NCBI GenBank assembly: GCA_030141605.1
Contig: JAQGDQ010000022.1
Span: 558,001 to 622,000, forward strand
Origin: Tubiluchus corallicola
Lineage: Eukaryota > Animalia > Priapulida
Reading direction: 5' to 3'
Length of the DNA: 64,000 nt
This document shows positions 22,401-33,550 of this stretch, one piece after another. The notes under the pieces were generated by a model. That model made no database searches and had not been told where the DNA came from. It was given only the letters and a program-made list of their open reading frames with translations. The position numbers and the translations under genes are program-made. Each line of letters starts with the position of its first letter. Within the stretch, counting starts at the first letter, position 1.

Positions 22401-25400
22401 TCTCGCCTCCTGTTCTTGCTGCGACATTCTCAATTTCTGCAATGGAACTCATCATTTACACCAATTTACCTGAAACTTTATGTGATTGATAATGACACAC
22501 AATTTAGGTAGCAGCGCTGATACACTAGCTGAGCCAAACTTATGGCGTGAGATTGACAGCGGTTAAGTTACATAATTTTTTTAACACTTTTGCGGACTTA
22601 AATGAATAAAAGGCACACAAGGCATCAACACTGGAAACAATAAGCTAGCGATGAGATGACAAAAGTACTTTTCACTTGCATAATTTTTGAGAAACAGATT
22701 CCAGTACTAACCTGTACATCTTTTCCTAACTTTCGGCGCTCTAACTCCCGCTTTTTCTCATCTTCTTTCTCCTGTTGCAATTTCTGTTGTCTCTTTTCTT
22801 CTATAAGCTGCTGTGCCCTAAAGCAAAACATTTTTCGCTTTTTAGCATCTGTCATCCAGAAAGATACCTGTTGGTTAATATCCAAATAAACTGCAATTCA
22901 TTCTTAACTGTCTACGATGAACTACGATGTTTTAATCCAAATTTCAATGTCTCAGACCAATTTTAACACTTTTTATAATTATAATGGAGTGGCGGCATAG
23001 TTTGTTTGGAGTGGTAAGTAATTTACCATGTAAAGGTTTTTGCATCCAGCATTGCATCTCTAAACCAGCAACCTACTCTCCATTTAGAACAGAGATAAAA
23101 CTGTTTATTCATATATTCTTAGACATCATATTAGTTACAAAGTTAATGGGTGTCAATTAACAGAATTTAGTGGAAGAAGTATTCAGCACGTTCTACTTAT
23201 CAGTAATCATTATCAGTGTGCAAGGAATATTGCTATTTGACAGCAACCCTGGTTTATGTGACAGCACAGTTATATAACAGTTATAATCTCTTTCTAAATT
23301 TGTATCGCTAGTAATAACCCTATACTGATTGGTTACTTAATTTTTTGCATTTCATTTATAATGTACCAAATTTTAACACACACACACTGCAAATACTGTT
23401 GAATCAAGCCGTATTTTTACACAATAAAACACCTTTGTTAAATATATATTTCTACAAATCTTTAAGGTGGTTCACACTGGCCTCTCTACCACACTGTAAT
23501 CCTTCTTCATTATCCTTTACTGCTTTGTTCCACTTTTCACAAACTGATATCAAATTTTGTCCGACTTCTTCTATTTCATCTGTACATACTCAGAAATTGC
23601 TAGTTCATCTTTTGAATGTTCACTTAGACCCTTTTCATTATCCACTTCCATTTTTTTTACTTTACCTTCCTAGTGCACAAACTCCACAAAAATAGTAAAC
23701 GAACAGAAACTGGAACACTTCGTTCCTCTTGGGCCTACAGTGCATACAATAGAAACACAGTAAAGCCCGTGGTAATATGTTGAAACCGTCTCTTAGTTTC
23801 AAACCAAGGTCTATATTAGTGGAAAGTTTTCACAAGTGCACCTTCCTTCGTTATACCAAATGACTTATACCCTAAATGGACTCAACAATAATATATCCCC
23901 TAAAAAACAATGAACCATTATGATTTACAATCAACTTTTCTCGTGAATAACTCTATGTATATTCTTAATATTCTTAAATACAAATCCCATTTGTCGAACT
24001 GTTTTAAGATTCAGACGCTAACAAAGAAAGAAAGAAATCATCACTGAAATTTTCACAAAAGACTTAAGGAAACACACATAAATTTACATTATTTTATCTA
24101 ATCAATTAAGTGCCACGTCATTTGCTACCGCTATATCACATCCATCCCATGGATGGAGCCATCGGCATAAACGTCATTCGCCATTTAAAGAAATCATTGC
24201 TTGCTATATAGAGCTTCAAACAAAATTATGACTAAGCAAAAGCTTAGATAGTAAATTGCTTGATTAGAAAAGTAAAAACTCCACTCCTTTTACAGTTATT
24301 TTTAATCAACTCACCTTTGTACTTTCACATCTAAAGATAAATCTACAGGTGGTGCTGAAGCTGAAGGTTGACTGTGACTTGCATTTACTGCTGCACTTCC
24401 TGCATTTTCCTGAATATCATTAAAGTAATTGGCATTTGAAAGAAAATTATAAGTGCAACACGCAGTCGGTGATGTGTGTATACAAACTTCTTTGGTAGCA
24501 CAGTATTTTAACACTCAGTGAAAAAGGTGTAGTATCAAAACCACAGGTGCATCTGAATGCAGACAAATGGCATACGTAACAAAAGATGCAAATTTTTTTA
24601 ATAAAAATGAGGCACCAAATGCTCATGTGATTACCCATCCATATACAGATCAGTCATAATGTCACTTGACCTTCTATGACTGAATTAATAGCAAGAGTAT
24701 AACTGATGTGCAGAAATGCACCACATTTTTGGGGAAAAAATGTTAGTTTACCTCCATGACTGCACAACAACATACTCATGAAAACAAACAAACAGAGTAA
24801 GAAGAGAATAGCTAAAAGCACTTAAATCTACATGGAGAAGATCCAGTAATTTGTAGATACATGTACCACTGAAATGAACTGTTGTTTATAAATTAAAAAA
24901 TAGAGCCAGAAAATTGAGAGACTAAGGCATAGTTTACATCAAAACTAATTCACATGTGCGTATCAGTTCGATTTAGTACTTTTAATGCACAGCTAAAAGG
25001 GAGAAACAATCTATGTCAAGAAACTAAGAAAGTAATAATCCAATATTACTTACAAAAACATTTGTGCATTCTTGGGCAAACACAACTTTTAACAGCAAAA
25101 TTCATGAAATTACAGCACTTTTTGGAACATTTCCACAGAGAAGAAGGCAGTTAAACTCTATTGAAACAGAACTTTGCCTCATTCAGTTAACATATACATC
25201 ATAATAGTGAACTAACACAAAAGTACCTATTATATGCATAATGAAAGCAACATGCATTGGTTCATGAACAGTTCCAAATGGCATCTTTCATAATGTACCT
25301 ATGCAGTTTGCAGAAGGTATCAGCCGAATGTGGGTGGACTGTGAGAGCAACATCAACCAGAGGTAACAGTTGGTATCAGTACCATGTGACTATTTCATAA

Positions 25401-28286
25401 TAACATGCATTTATGAAAAGTTATGACCTGTTCATAAGGTTAGCTGAGTGGTCATTGTGTGAGTTGAGCAACCGATATTAAACAATGCTGGGGCATAGCT
25501 AGTATATAAATGAGTGACCACCAAAAAATCGCTACTGAGGGAATTTCATCTATGTCATACTGCTTTTGATTTTGCACTGAGAGAACATATACACACTGGA
25601 ACCCTCGGATAGTTATATCTGTTTTAGTGGATTATTCTTTATAATAAGTTAGATTCCAATTCAGCCATAACCATCTTCATTAAGTAAGCAATGCCACTGA
25701 ATGCTGGACTGCAGCTTGCAGAGTGCGAAACTTTGAAAAAACTATACCTGGTCTCCAGACTGATTAGATCGCTCATCATTTATTACAGGTGGTAATGATT
25801 CACTGCTTGATTGGTCACTGCTGGAAGATGATGGCTTGTTTGCACTTAGTGATGACTCGTGTAGCTAAATGCCAAGATAGCAAGCAGCATGCATTAGGTA
25901 GAGGACAATCAAAACGTGAGCAAAAATGTAACTTCAAAAAAGATTAAAATCCCCGTTTTTCGGTTTTTCCATCATTGAATAAATGGGTTTTGCTAGTCCA
26001 GTGGAAAAACCAAGCAAAAATGTGAATAAAAATATGAAGATTAGATAATCACATACAAACTTAATTAAAACAAACAAATGAGAGACTTAAAAGCTAAACC
26101 AATAACTGAAAGTAAAAAATGGTCATCAGATAAAACCATAAGTTGTCTCAGTGTGGTAAGTTACAGAGATAAACAAATAAACTGGAAAAAGTATAAACTC
26201 CAAAAAAGGATACTCTACATCTGCAGCAAACAATATAAATACAAGTATAAGATAACCAGCTAACAGGCTACCAACTACTACTTGACACCAAACAAACCAA
26301 TAATTGCAAAAATACAAATTATGAAAGAAAAGTCTCTGATAAGGATTAACTTCTCCCTGGAAGATTTACAAAAAAGAATCACAAATTCATGATGTTAAGA
26401 AATGTCATATGCATTGGTAATTCACAGTCAGTTTATGCAATTACAAAAAAACATTTTAATGCCATAAGACATATAGTAATTGTTTTAGTTGGAACACAAA
26501 CCAGCTAATCAAGCAAAGATACTTTGTTAGACAGAAAAGTTATTTACCAATTATTAGTATAATCTAAAGCTTTTTTAAAACAAAAATATAAATGGCGGTT
26601 AAACATTTTTTCTAGGTTCTTGTATATTCTGCAAACCTATAAAGCAAACCTATAAACCCATACAATTTCACATATGTACCTTATATAAATGTAATAGCAA
26701 ATTAGAAATAGGAAATTTAGATAAAATATTAAAAACAACACACCTCTAAAACTTTTTGGATTTTTTGTACAAGAACATCTTGGGTAACATGACCACCAAT
26801 GATTTCGAGAGGCACTCCAGTTAATGAAATGAAAAACAATGAAGGAATACACACAATTGGATCTATGGAAACAGGTTAAAGATTTATATATATTTATACA
26901 CAATTCTTATTTAAATTATAATTTCAGTGGTCCAATTTTGTGTTCCAATCATTATCACATTTCTAATTTCCCTTCTGCCAAACTTTTTCCCTTTTTCCAA
27001 AGTAAGTACAAACATTAACAAGAATATCAGCAATTTAAACCTAATTACATAAGCCTTAATATGATATGTAATTTCACATTATAAACAAATAATTATTCCA
27101 TTAAGACAAAGCCAAATTGTTCATCCCCTTTCATCTGGATGTGATCTCTCTTCCAACAGTTTAGTTAAAAAGGATACAGATTTGGCCAAATTGCTTGCAA
27201 GACTCACTGTGAAAAGAAATTAAATCATTAATGTACTGGCCACTGCTTCCCTAATGTAGTAGTAACAATTTATGTGAAAATTAAGGGCTCTGACTCTTAC
27301 CTATTAGCGACAAGCCTTACAGCGACAAAGTTAGCGCCATTGCAAACATTCTGTACTTTCTCAGCATTCCAAGTCTCAGCCATTTGTTTAGAAACATCAT
27401 CTTCTCCTAAAGAATTATATAAGATTCCTGACTAATCAGAAAAACTACAGCAGCTGGCTGTCAGATTCGAAATGGTTCACCAGAATGAATACATTCAGAT
27501 TGGATGCAAACCATATCTAGATCCTTAGTGTTTTTCTCCTGCAACTCTAAAGCGTAAATGCTTGGGAGAGTTTTACAGCTGTATTAAAATGTTTTTTAAC
27601 TACAATAAATTTCTGGTTGCTGATGAATTTTGTTACAATTCATGTGCACTATTGAGAGAGACAAAAAATAGTCTAGAGTAAGCAAGTCCAACCATTTTTA
27701 GTTGTCAGTACATTATTCAGGCGGTTCTCACTGGCCTCTGTATTACAATTGTTTTAGTAGGCTAAAAGGACAGCAGAAAAGTGAAAGTCTTAAGAGCGAG
27801 ACAAAAATTCTACATTTAATTTTAACATGCTGTACCAACATTATTGCTTAATGTCCAATATTATTATTAATTCATAGAATGTTGAAAATGAATGAGTATC
27901 TTGGAAAGACTCGACTTTGTTTTTAATTCACTTTTCCAAATTGCGACTTGACATATACTTTTTATAGTCAATTAAATCAATTATTAATGTTATTGAATTA
28001 ATTGTCAAATGCCAATTTTCACAGAAGCGTTAAATTGCTGTCAATTTGTCACAGAAAAATAAGCTATTACAACATTCAGAAATTCTTAATGCAGTTTTAC
28101 GCAAGCATTTACATAATAAAGATTAAAATTTTATTAAAATAATTAATACAGTAAATAGTGTAATACTAATAGTAATATCCTCCACATGTCATGAGATTTG
28201 ATACCTTCAATGTAGACAACAAACACAGATTTAGCTGCTTTTGACTTCTGGATCGCCTCAGCTATAGTGCCAGTATACCACTGCAT
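16448..28286 (-). CDS. UBXN4: UBX domain-containing protein 4 (erasin), ER-membrane p97/VCP adaptor, about 485 aa
   Basis: Exons (minus): 28286-28205, 27406-27301, 27206-27178, 26862-26744, 25864-25748, 24409-24315, 22817-22712, 22436-22318, 22064-21942, 21613-21511, 20366-20235, 19487-19297, 16583-16448 (1458 nt). Features: N-terminus MQWYTGTIAEAIQKSKAAKSVFVVYIEGEDD, coiled coil, UBX domain ARIQFRLPDGS...TTFPMR...LQLAPTAVLLVIP, hydrophobic hairpin FLWTLFLPLIYLLNWLRAFIF, and the diagnostic C-terminus TWNGNSTQQM-stop. Confidence 0.95.
17685..17723. repeat. (CA)n/(CACG)n/(TA)n microsatellite
   Basis: acacacacgcacgcacgcacacacacacgcacatatatata. Confidence 0.85.
18118..19051 (+). mobile_element. 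Non-autonomous internal-deletion derivative (about 0.93 kb) of the pogo/Tigger element at 31191-33550
   Basis: TA|CAGTGGCGCCGCTTAATAGACTC ... GAGTCTATTAAGCTACGCCTACTT|TA. About 18118-18500 matches the reverse complement of 33150-33550 and about 18640-19051 that of 31191-31690. Confidence 0.88.
20613..21450. repeat. Degenerate tandem array of about 5 units of 125-155 bp within a probable non-autonomous Helentron/HINE-like element
   Basis: A GGAATATACTAGAATGAATT-like motif recurs at about 20741, 20881, 21006, 21162 and 21305, together with TTCAAGATGGC-like motifs. The array is preceded by a (GTTCTT)n microsatellite and followed by the hairpin TCAGGGAGTCCCTTGA. The family assignment is inference. 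Confidence 0.6.
24608..24685 (-). mobile_element. Degenerate 5S-derived SINE-like repeat, copy D
   Basis: Reverse complement GAAGGTCAAGTGACATTATGACTGATCTGTATATGGATGGGTAATCAC resembles 5S box A to box C (TGGATGGG). Confidence 0.4.
25435..25552 (+). mobile_element. Degenerate tRNA-A-box/5S hybrid SINE-like repeat, copy B
   Basis: TAGCTGAGTGG (A-box consensus TRGCNNARYGG) at 25441-25451, then the 5S-like ATTAAACAATGCTGGGGCATAGCTAGTATATAAATGAGTGACCACC and a tail GCTACTGAGG shared with copies A and C. Confidence 0.5.
26863..27177 (-). other. U12-type (minor spliceosome) GT-AG intron, UBXN4 intron 3, 315 nt
   Basis: 5' splice site GTATCCTTT; branch site TCTTTAAC (26882-26875) ending 12 nt before the exon; the spliced frame restores QI-Y-PIVCIPS. 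Confidence 0.88.
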
Positions 28287-29490
28287 ATCAGTATATTCAA
28301 ACGATAGAAACTATAGATTTTACGCACGTAAAGATATGTTAAATTGCTAGCAACATAATTAATTTCGAAATTTTTTGCAACGTTTACTCGAACTCAGCAA
28401 TGAAATCTCACTACTAAATGCATGGTTTTTCGCCAGAGCTTAGATACGCCTTTTTGCCACGACCATGACGTATTACTGATTGCCTGCAAGTGAGTGAAGT
28501 GACTGGGCCAGACTGGCCAGTGGTAACCAGTCAGGGGTGAGCATTCGCTTATCATCGTAATTATGATCATAATACCCATTACGTCCATTGTAGACATTAA
28601 GCTAGCAGAATTCTAAAATAAAAAACTCTGCCCTCACAACATGTAAGCACAGCAATCAGTAAAAATCTAATCACTGCTACGTTAGTAGCTTGACAACACC
28701 ACTTTCATTCAATCTACCAGAACGCGAATTCGATTCGAATTTGTGACTTTCGAACTCGAATTTAAAAAATAATTGCGAGATCCCAAGTCAAATTCGAGTC
28801 AAGAGTAAAGATTGTCGAATACATTTCCAATCACTAATAAAAAGTGGCCCGGCATAAATCAAGCATGTTGCTTGACTTTGTTCAGCAGTAAAAACGCTTA
28901 TAATTTGCTTAAATATTGTATACAGAAATCGCGCTAAATTGTGCTGACTGCATGCTATTTCAAACGCTTTAGTGATAAAGAATGTATGTATAGTTGAGGA
29001 TGTGAATTATTTGAGTGCATTTTAGATTGGAATCGAATTCGCATTAAAAAAGATGCTCAAACTCGAACATTTGATGTTCATCTTTACTGGCCAGTGAGTC
29101 ATTGCAGTTACTGATAAAATCGCATTGCTCAAGTCTTAAAAAGCAGAGTGATTTTTCAAATTTCATAATTTATCCTTCATAATTTTATCCTACCCGATTT
29201 TGAAGTACAGTATAGCTAGTGAACATTATACATCAAACTCATCGAACTACATATCTATCTAAATTGAGTGGTGCAATCCCTCGCGTTTCCGAGACACAGG
29301 TGCTATATATTGACTATCGAATGGCATAGTAACAGCGAAGAACAGTATAAAAGCATGTAAGACTGGTGATAATCCTTACATGTAAGTCATTCTTAACTTA
29401 AAAAAACATGTTCCCTTTCAATATTTTGTAGTTTGTATTGTTTTGAGCTGTAGATTAATTAGGTCTGGTTCTCCAAACCTAAGCTGAAGC
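28287..29490. promoter_or_regulatory. Candidate bidirectional promoter region between divergent UBXN4 and STARD3
   Basis: UBXN4 ATG at 28286 (-) and candidate STARD3 first exon ATG at 29491 (+); CpG-containing stretch at 28300-28600. Depends on the STARD3 first-exon assignment. Confidence 0.4.
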
Positions 29491-29592
29491 ATGGTTTCTG
29501 AGCTGATGTCTGCATCAGTCATAGTCTCATTGATAGGTTTCAGTACGGTCTGGCAGAGTAGCAGTCGGTCGGGTGAACGTTCCATTTTTGGG
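29491..29592 (+). CDS. Candidate first coding exon of STARD3 (MVSELMSASVIVSLIGFSTVWQSSSRSGERSIFG)
   Basis: ATG plus 33 open codons ending at the strong phase-0 donor GG|GTAAGT, compatible with phase-0 exon 39224. No homology support; it could be 5'UTR. Confidence 0.35.
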
Positions 29593-31190
29593 GTAAGTTA
29601 TTTCTTTGTTGCATCCTCATGTTCTCACGGTCTCCTCTAAGAATATTGAGGAAGTTCCTGTATCATCTTTGAGCAGTTAAGATAGTGGTCCAATAAGTGT
29701 TACATTGGATAAGTGTCAATTAAATTAGACAAACCAAAACTTGGGTTTTTGCCGCTATTTGACCAGGTGAAAACATAATCTAAACAAAGTTATTCTAATA
29801 TTTTTAAAATGACGTTGTCTAAAACAAACTAAAAATGCTTGCACTTTCATATAAGCTATGGAAAATTTGATTCGAGAATCAGACTAACAAAATCCAGTAG
29901 CAAATTGGGAATTATTGTCCGCTGTCCGACTGACCGACCGTATTGGCGTCGTGCTGCGTCTGCTGAGTACTGAGTTACCGTCATTATTAATACGTAACAG
30001 AGCAGTAGTGGAAGAAGAAGAAATCAGGTGATATTCGGCAAGTATGGCTGCGCGCAGATAATGACATGTCGTTTTTTTTTTATTTTAAGAATATTCACGT
30101 TTGGCTTTGCTAAAAATTTTATAACGGAAACTTTTGAAGGTTTATTCTGTGTGCTGCATGATTGTCTTATTTTATTATAACATTTGGTAAGAATAAGGGC
30201 TAGTACCTCAAAAATTTATCCGTTTAACTTAATAAATGTCTATGTTCTGAGGCTAAAAGTGAAACTTGAAAAGATACGCCCTGCTCTAACGTTCATGCTG
30301 CACCCGCTCAATGATAAATGATTTATGTACGGTTATTGAACAACCTTAGAGTTAGTATATGAGTACCACATACAAATATTAAAATTAGGGTGGAATGAGT
30401 GCCCATCTATTGTTTGAAGACCATGTTATGGTCAAAAAATTCTTGGAATAAGTTGTAGAAACATAGGCAAGATAATTGTTTTAACGATTAAGCCTAAAAA
30501 AATCAGTTAAGTTGCTAGAATATCAGATTTTTATAATATTTTTGGTTTCGTAACAATCACCTAGAAGAAAGTTACAACTCTTTAGAAATTACTTGTTATT
30601 ATTACTAAAATTGTTAGTACAGTATAATCCACTTATAACGAGTTTCATGGGACTGAAAATTTGTTCGCTGTAACAGAGTCTTGTTATAGTCGAGGTTAAT
30701 TCTTTAAGTGCATGTACAACATAGAAATGAAGCATATAAGGCGAATATGATGTAACGATGAGAACACTTTGTTGTGAGATGTGTTACTAAAAACTAAACT
30801 TATGGTGCATAAACTCTATTATTTCTAAGATTAAGGTAGTATTTTATGCAATAAATCCCTGAATAAAATTGCTGCGCAAGTTGCTTAAATTTTTGGTTAC
30901 CACTGCTGTGATTCACTATCTGTTGATAGCTGTGTGTGTCTTTAGTCAATGTTACAGGTCAATCAGATGACTACATGGCAAGACCCTGGATGCCTGCTTA
31001 GGTGGAAAATTTTTATGCATGGATACATATTTAAATAGCTGTGCAAGTGCAATATCATTTATGATTATGATCATTTCAGCATGAGCCTACGTCAATTAAT
31101 AACTAAGTTTGCAGTCTGGCTACCCCACGTGTGTTATTTAATGTAAAATCACTGTACTTATTTTAAAAAGTATTTTTATTAAAGGTTATA

Positions 31191-33550
31191 CAGTAGGCGC
31201 CGCTTAATAGACTCACTTTGTTACCGACGTGTTCTGACCCAATTAACCGACTGAACCTATTAACCGATGGGTGTAGTATTACTGCTATAGAAGTTTGAGT
31301 CATCAGCTTACTATGCACTGCAAAGGCTTTTTAATCAATCAATTTAATCAATGTTTTAATCAATTTTAGAAATGAAGTATTGCCTAAATTCCTTTGTGCA
31401 GTTAAAAATTAAAAAAAGTATTTTAAAATATTAATTTATATAAGTGAATTAACAATAAATTAACAAGTATACTTTTCTAAATCACACAAGTCTGTTTATT
31501 TGCAAAAATTACAAAAATTCCTTCAAAGTCGACTGCTTCATTTTCTTGCAAAGAAGTCGGCTCACAAAGTTCTCGTAATTATAAAAACATTGAAAATCTG
31601 TTGCTGTGTGATGCAAAAAAAAATATTTAGCGCTTGGCGTTCTTGAGCTGCAGTTGGTGGTGCCCTTGTTTCCTCGCAAGTGGTTTCGTCATCCTCTTTA
31701 AGTTCTTCTTGACTTCCCCTTGCAATGGTGATGATTTTGTCATCGGTTATTTGCAATGTGGCCTGAATGGCCAAATCAATTTTCACCAGGTCTCAAACTC
31801 GCTGCTGGTCATACCAGGTTGAGCAGATGGTGACAGGCTTAACTCTTACAACGTAGTTGGAATAGAATCACAAGTGAATCGGGTGACTAAAACAGTTCTG
31901 AATCGTTTGCTCACTTACATTGCTCCATGACGTAGCCAGTAAATGTAAAGCGTTCAGGAGGCTAGTTTTTTGGCCAGGTCATTTGCGCTTAATTGATCAG
32001 TAGCATCATCTGAATCCATTGCTTCTAACACTCTTGCCCGCATTTCTCTTCTATAGTATGCCTTCAATGCCTTGACAAACGCCTGTGCGAACAATGCCTA
32101 GATCAAAGGTTTGAATAAGTGATGTGGTGTTTGCAGGCAAAAACACAACTTTAATGTGTTTCAATGACGTGCTGACTACATGGGCAGTATAATTGTCTAC
32201 CAGTAAAATGACGTTTCTTTTTAAGCTGGCATCCCATTTCACTAACCATTCGTTAAACAATACAGCCGTTATCCAAGCATTCGAGTTTGCACGGTAATCT
32301 ACCGGTAACGTTGCAACATCTTTAAATCACCTGGGATTCTTGCTTACCAATCACTAGCAGTTTTTCCTTCTTTCCTGACATACTTACACAGCATAGCACT
32401 GTCAAACGTTCTTTTGAAATCTTACACCCATTTGCACTCTTGTTGCCAAGTAAGTAGGTGTGCTCAGTCAAAGCTCTAAAATTAAGTCCAGTTTCATCCG
32501 CATTGTAAATACCCTGCAATAATTTTTGGCTACTCTTCTTCTATCCTGTTTTCAGCAGCTGGAACATCAGCATCCTTTTCTTTACCAGGGGTACATTTGT
32601 ATACGATGTTTTCACGCTTTCTCCATCGCTGAAACCACCCCTCTGTTGCAACAAAGTCTTCCTTTCCCATTTTCCTTGCCAAATCTTCTGTTTTCTATCG
32701 CATTAAAGGAATGTTCACTCGAGCATCTTTTTCTCTTACCTTTGAAAACCACACTTTTAACACTGACTCCACTTCACAGTCTTTTCCTGTGCGTCGCCTC
32801 TTAGATGCTAGATTCTCATTTTGGCTTGCTGACTGCTCAATTTCAGCTTGTTTTTTTCAATATTCTGCCAAGAGTACTTTTGGAAATTTTCAACTGCGCT
32901 GCTGCACACCTCTGCCTCATCTTTGGAAGTTTATCGTACTGCTCTAAAATTTTCAGTTTCTCCTTAACTGTTAGGTCTTTATGCTAATGCTTTCAAACTT
33001 CTTAACGCTATGCCTTTATTTGCTGTATGATGTTTACTCTTGTAAGTCACAAGGAATTCTGGCTGATTACTGTACTTGCATTTTTGACTGTTAACTCGTT
33101 AAACCTGAAAGCATGATGTGCAACGAGAGCATCAATAGGAAACCGCTAGGCAAGTGATTAAATGTTTAGTTTCCAGAAATGGTAACGAGGTTAATTGCAG
33201 TGGGCGAGCGGGTAACAGATTCAAAGCAAAACCGCTATGCTAGCGTATTAGCGCATGATAAACGTACCTGCTTACAAACAAAACGGTACTTAACATGATT
33301 GTTTCTACATGTGTAGTGCACAAAAGGGAAGTAAAGATGACATAAAAGTAGGAAAGTCTCTTTGGGCACATACAAATGTCTTATTTTAAGTACGTGAAGG
33401 AAAAATATTGAGTCAATTATGCGGAGTTATTTGAGTCAGTTACCAATAGTTTTTATGTATGTCTGTATAGAAGCGGCCCGTTCCAGGCGTTTTTGAGTCA
33501 ATTAAGCAATTGAGTCTATTAACCGTGAGCCTATAAAGCGGGGACTACTG
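31191..33550 (-). mobile_element. Full-length (2360 bp) degraded pogo/Tigger DNA transposon
   Basis: 26-bp TIRs CAGTAGGCGCCGCTTAATAGACTCAC and GTGAGCCTATAAAGCGGGGACTACTG with TA target duplication (31189-90, 33551-52); contains the transposase pseudogene. Confidence 0.93.
31562..32990 (-). pseudogene. Tigger/pogo (CENP-B-like DDE_1) transposase pseudogene with stops and frameshifts
   Basis: Fragments IYNADETGLNFRAL...KISKERLTVLCCVSMSGKKEKLLVIGK (32322-32519) and FNEWLVKWD...ILLVDNYTAH...VVFLPANTTSLIQTFDLGIV (32051-32260) are hallmark pogo catalytic motifs. Confidence 0.93.

Noticed and set aside
22323-22966. Plus-strand hydrophobic ORFs (Phe/Leu/Ser-rich)
   Set aside because: Antisense shadows of the Glu/Lys/Arg-rich UBXN4 coiled-coil exons.
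25279-25389. Possible extra UBXN4 linker exon
   Set aside because: Candidate boundaries did not give a frame-preserving exon with recognisable similarity; the flanking exons join in phase without it.
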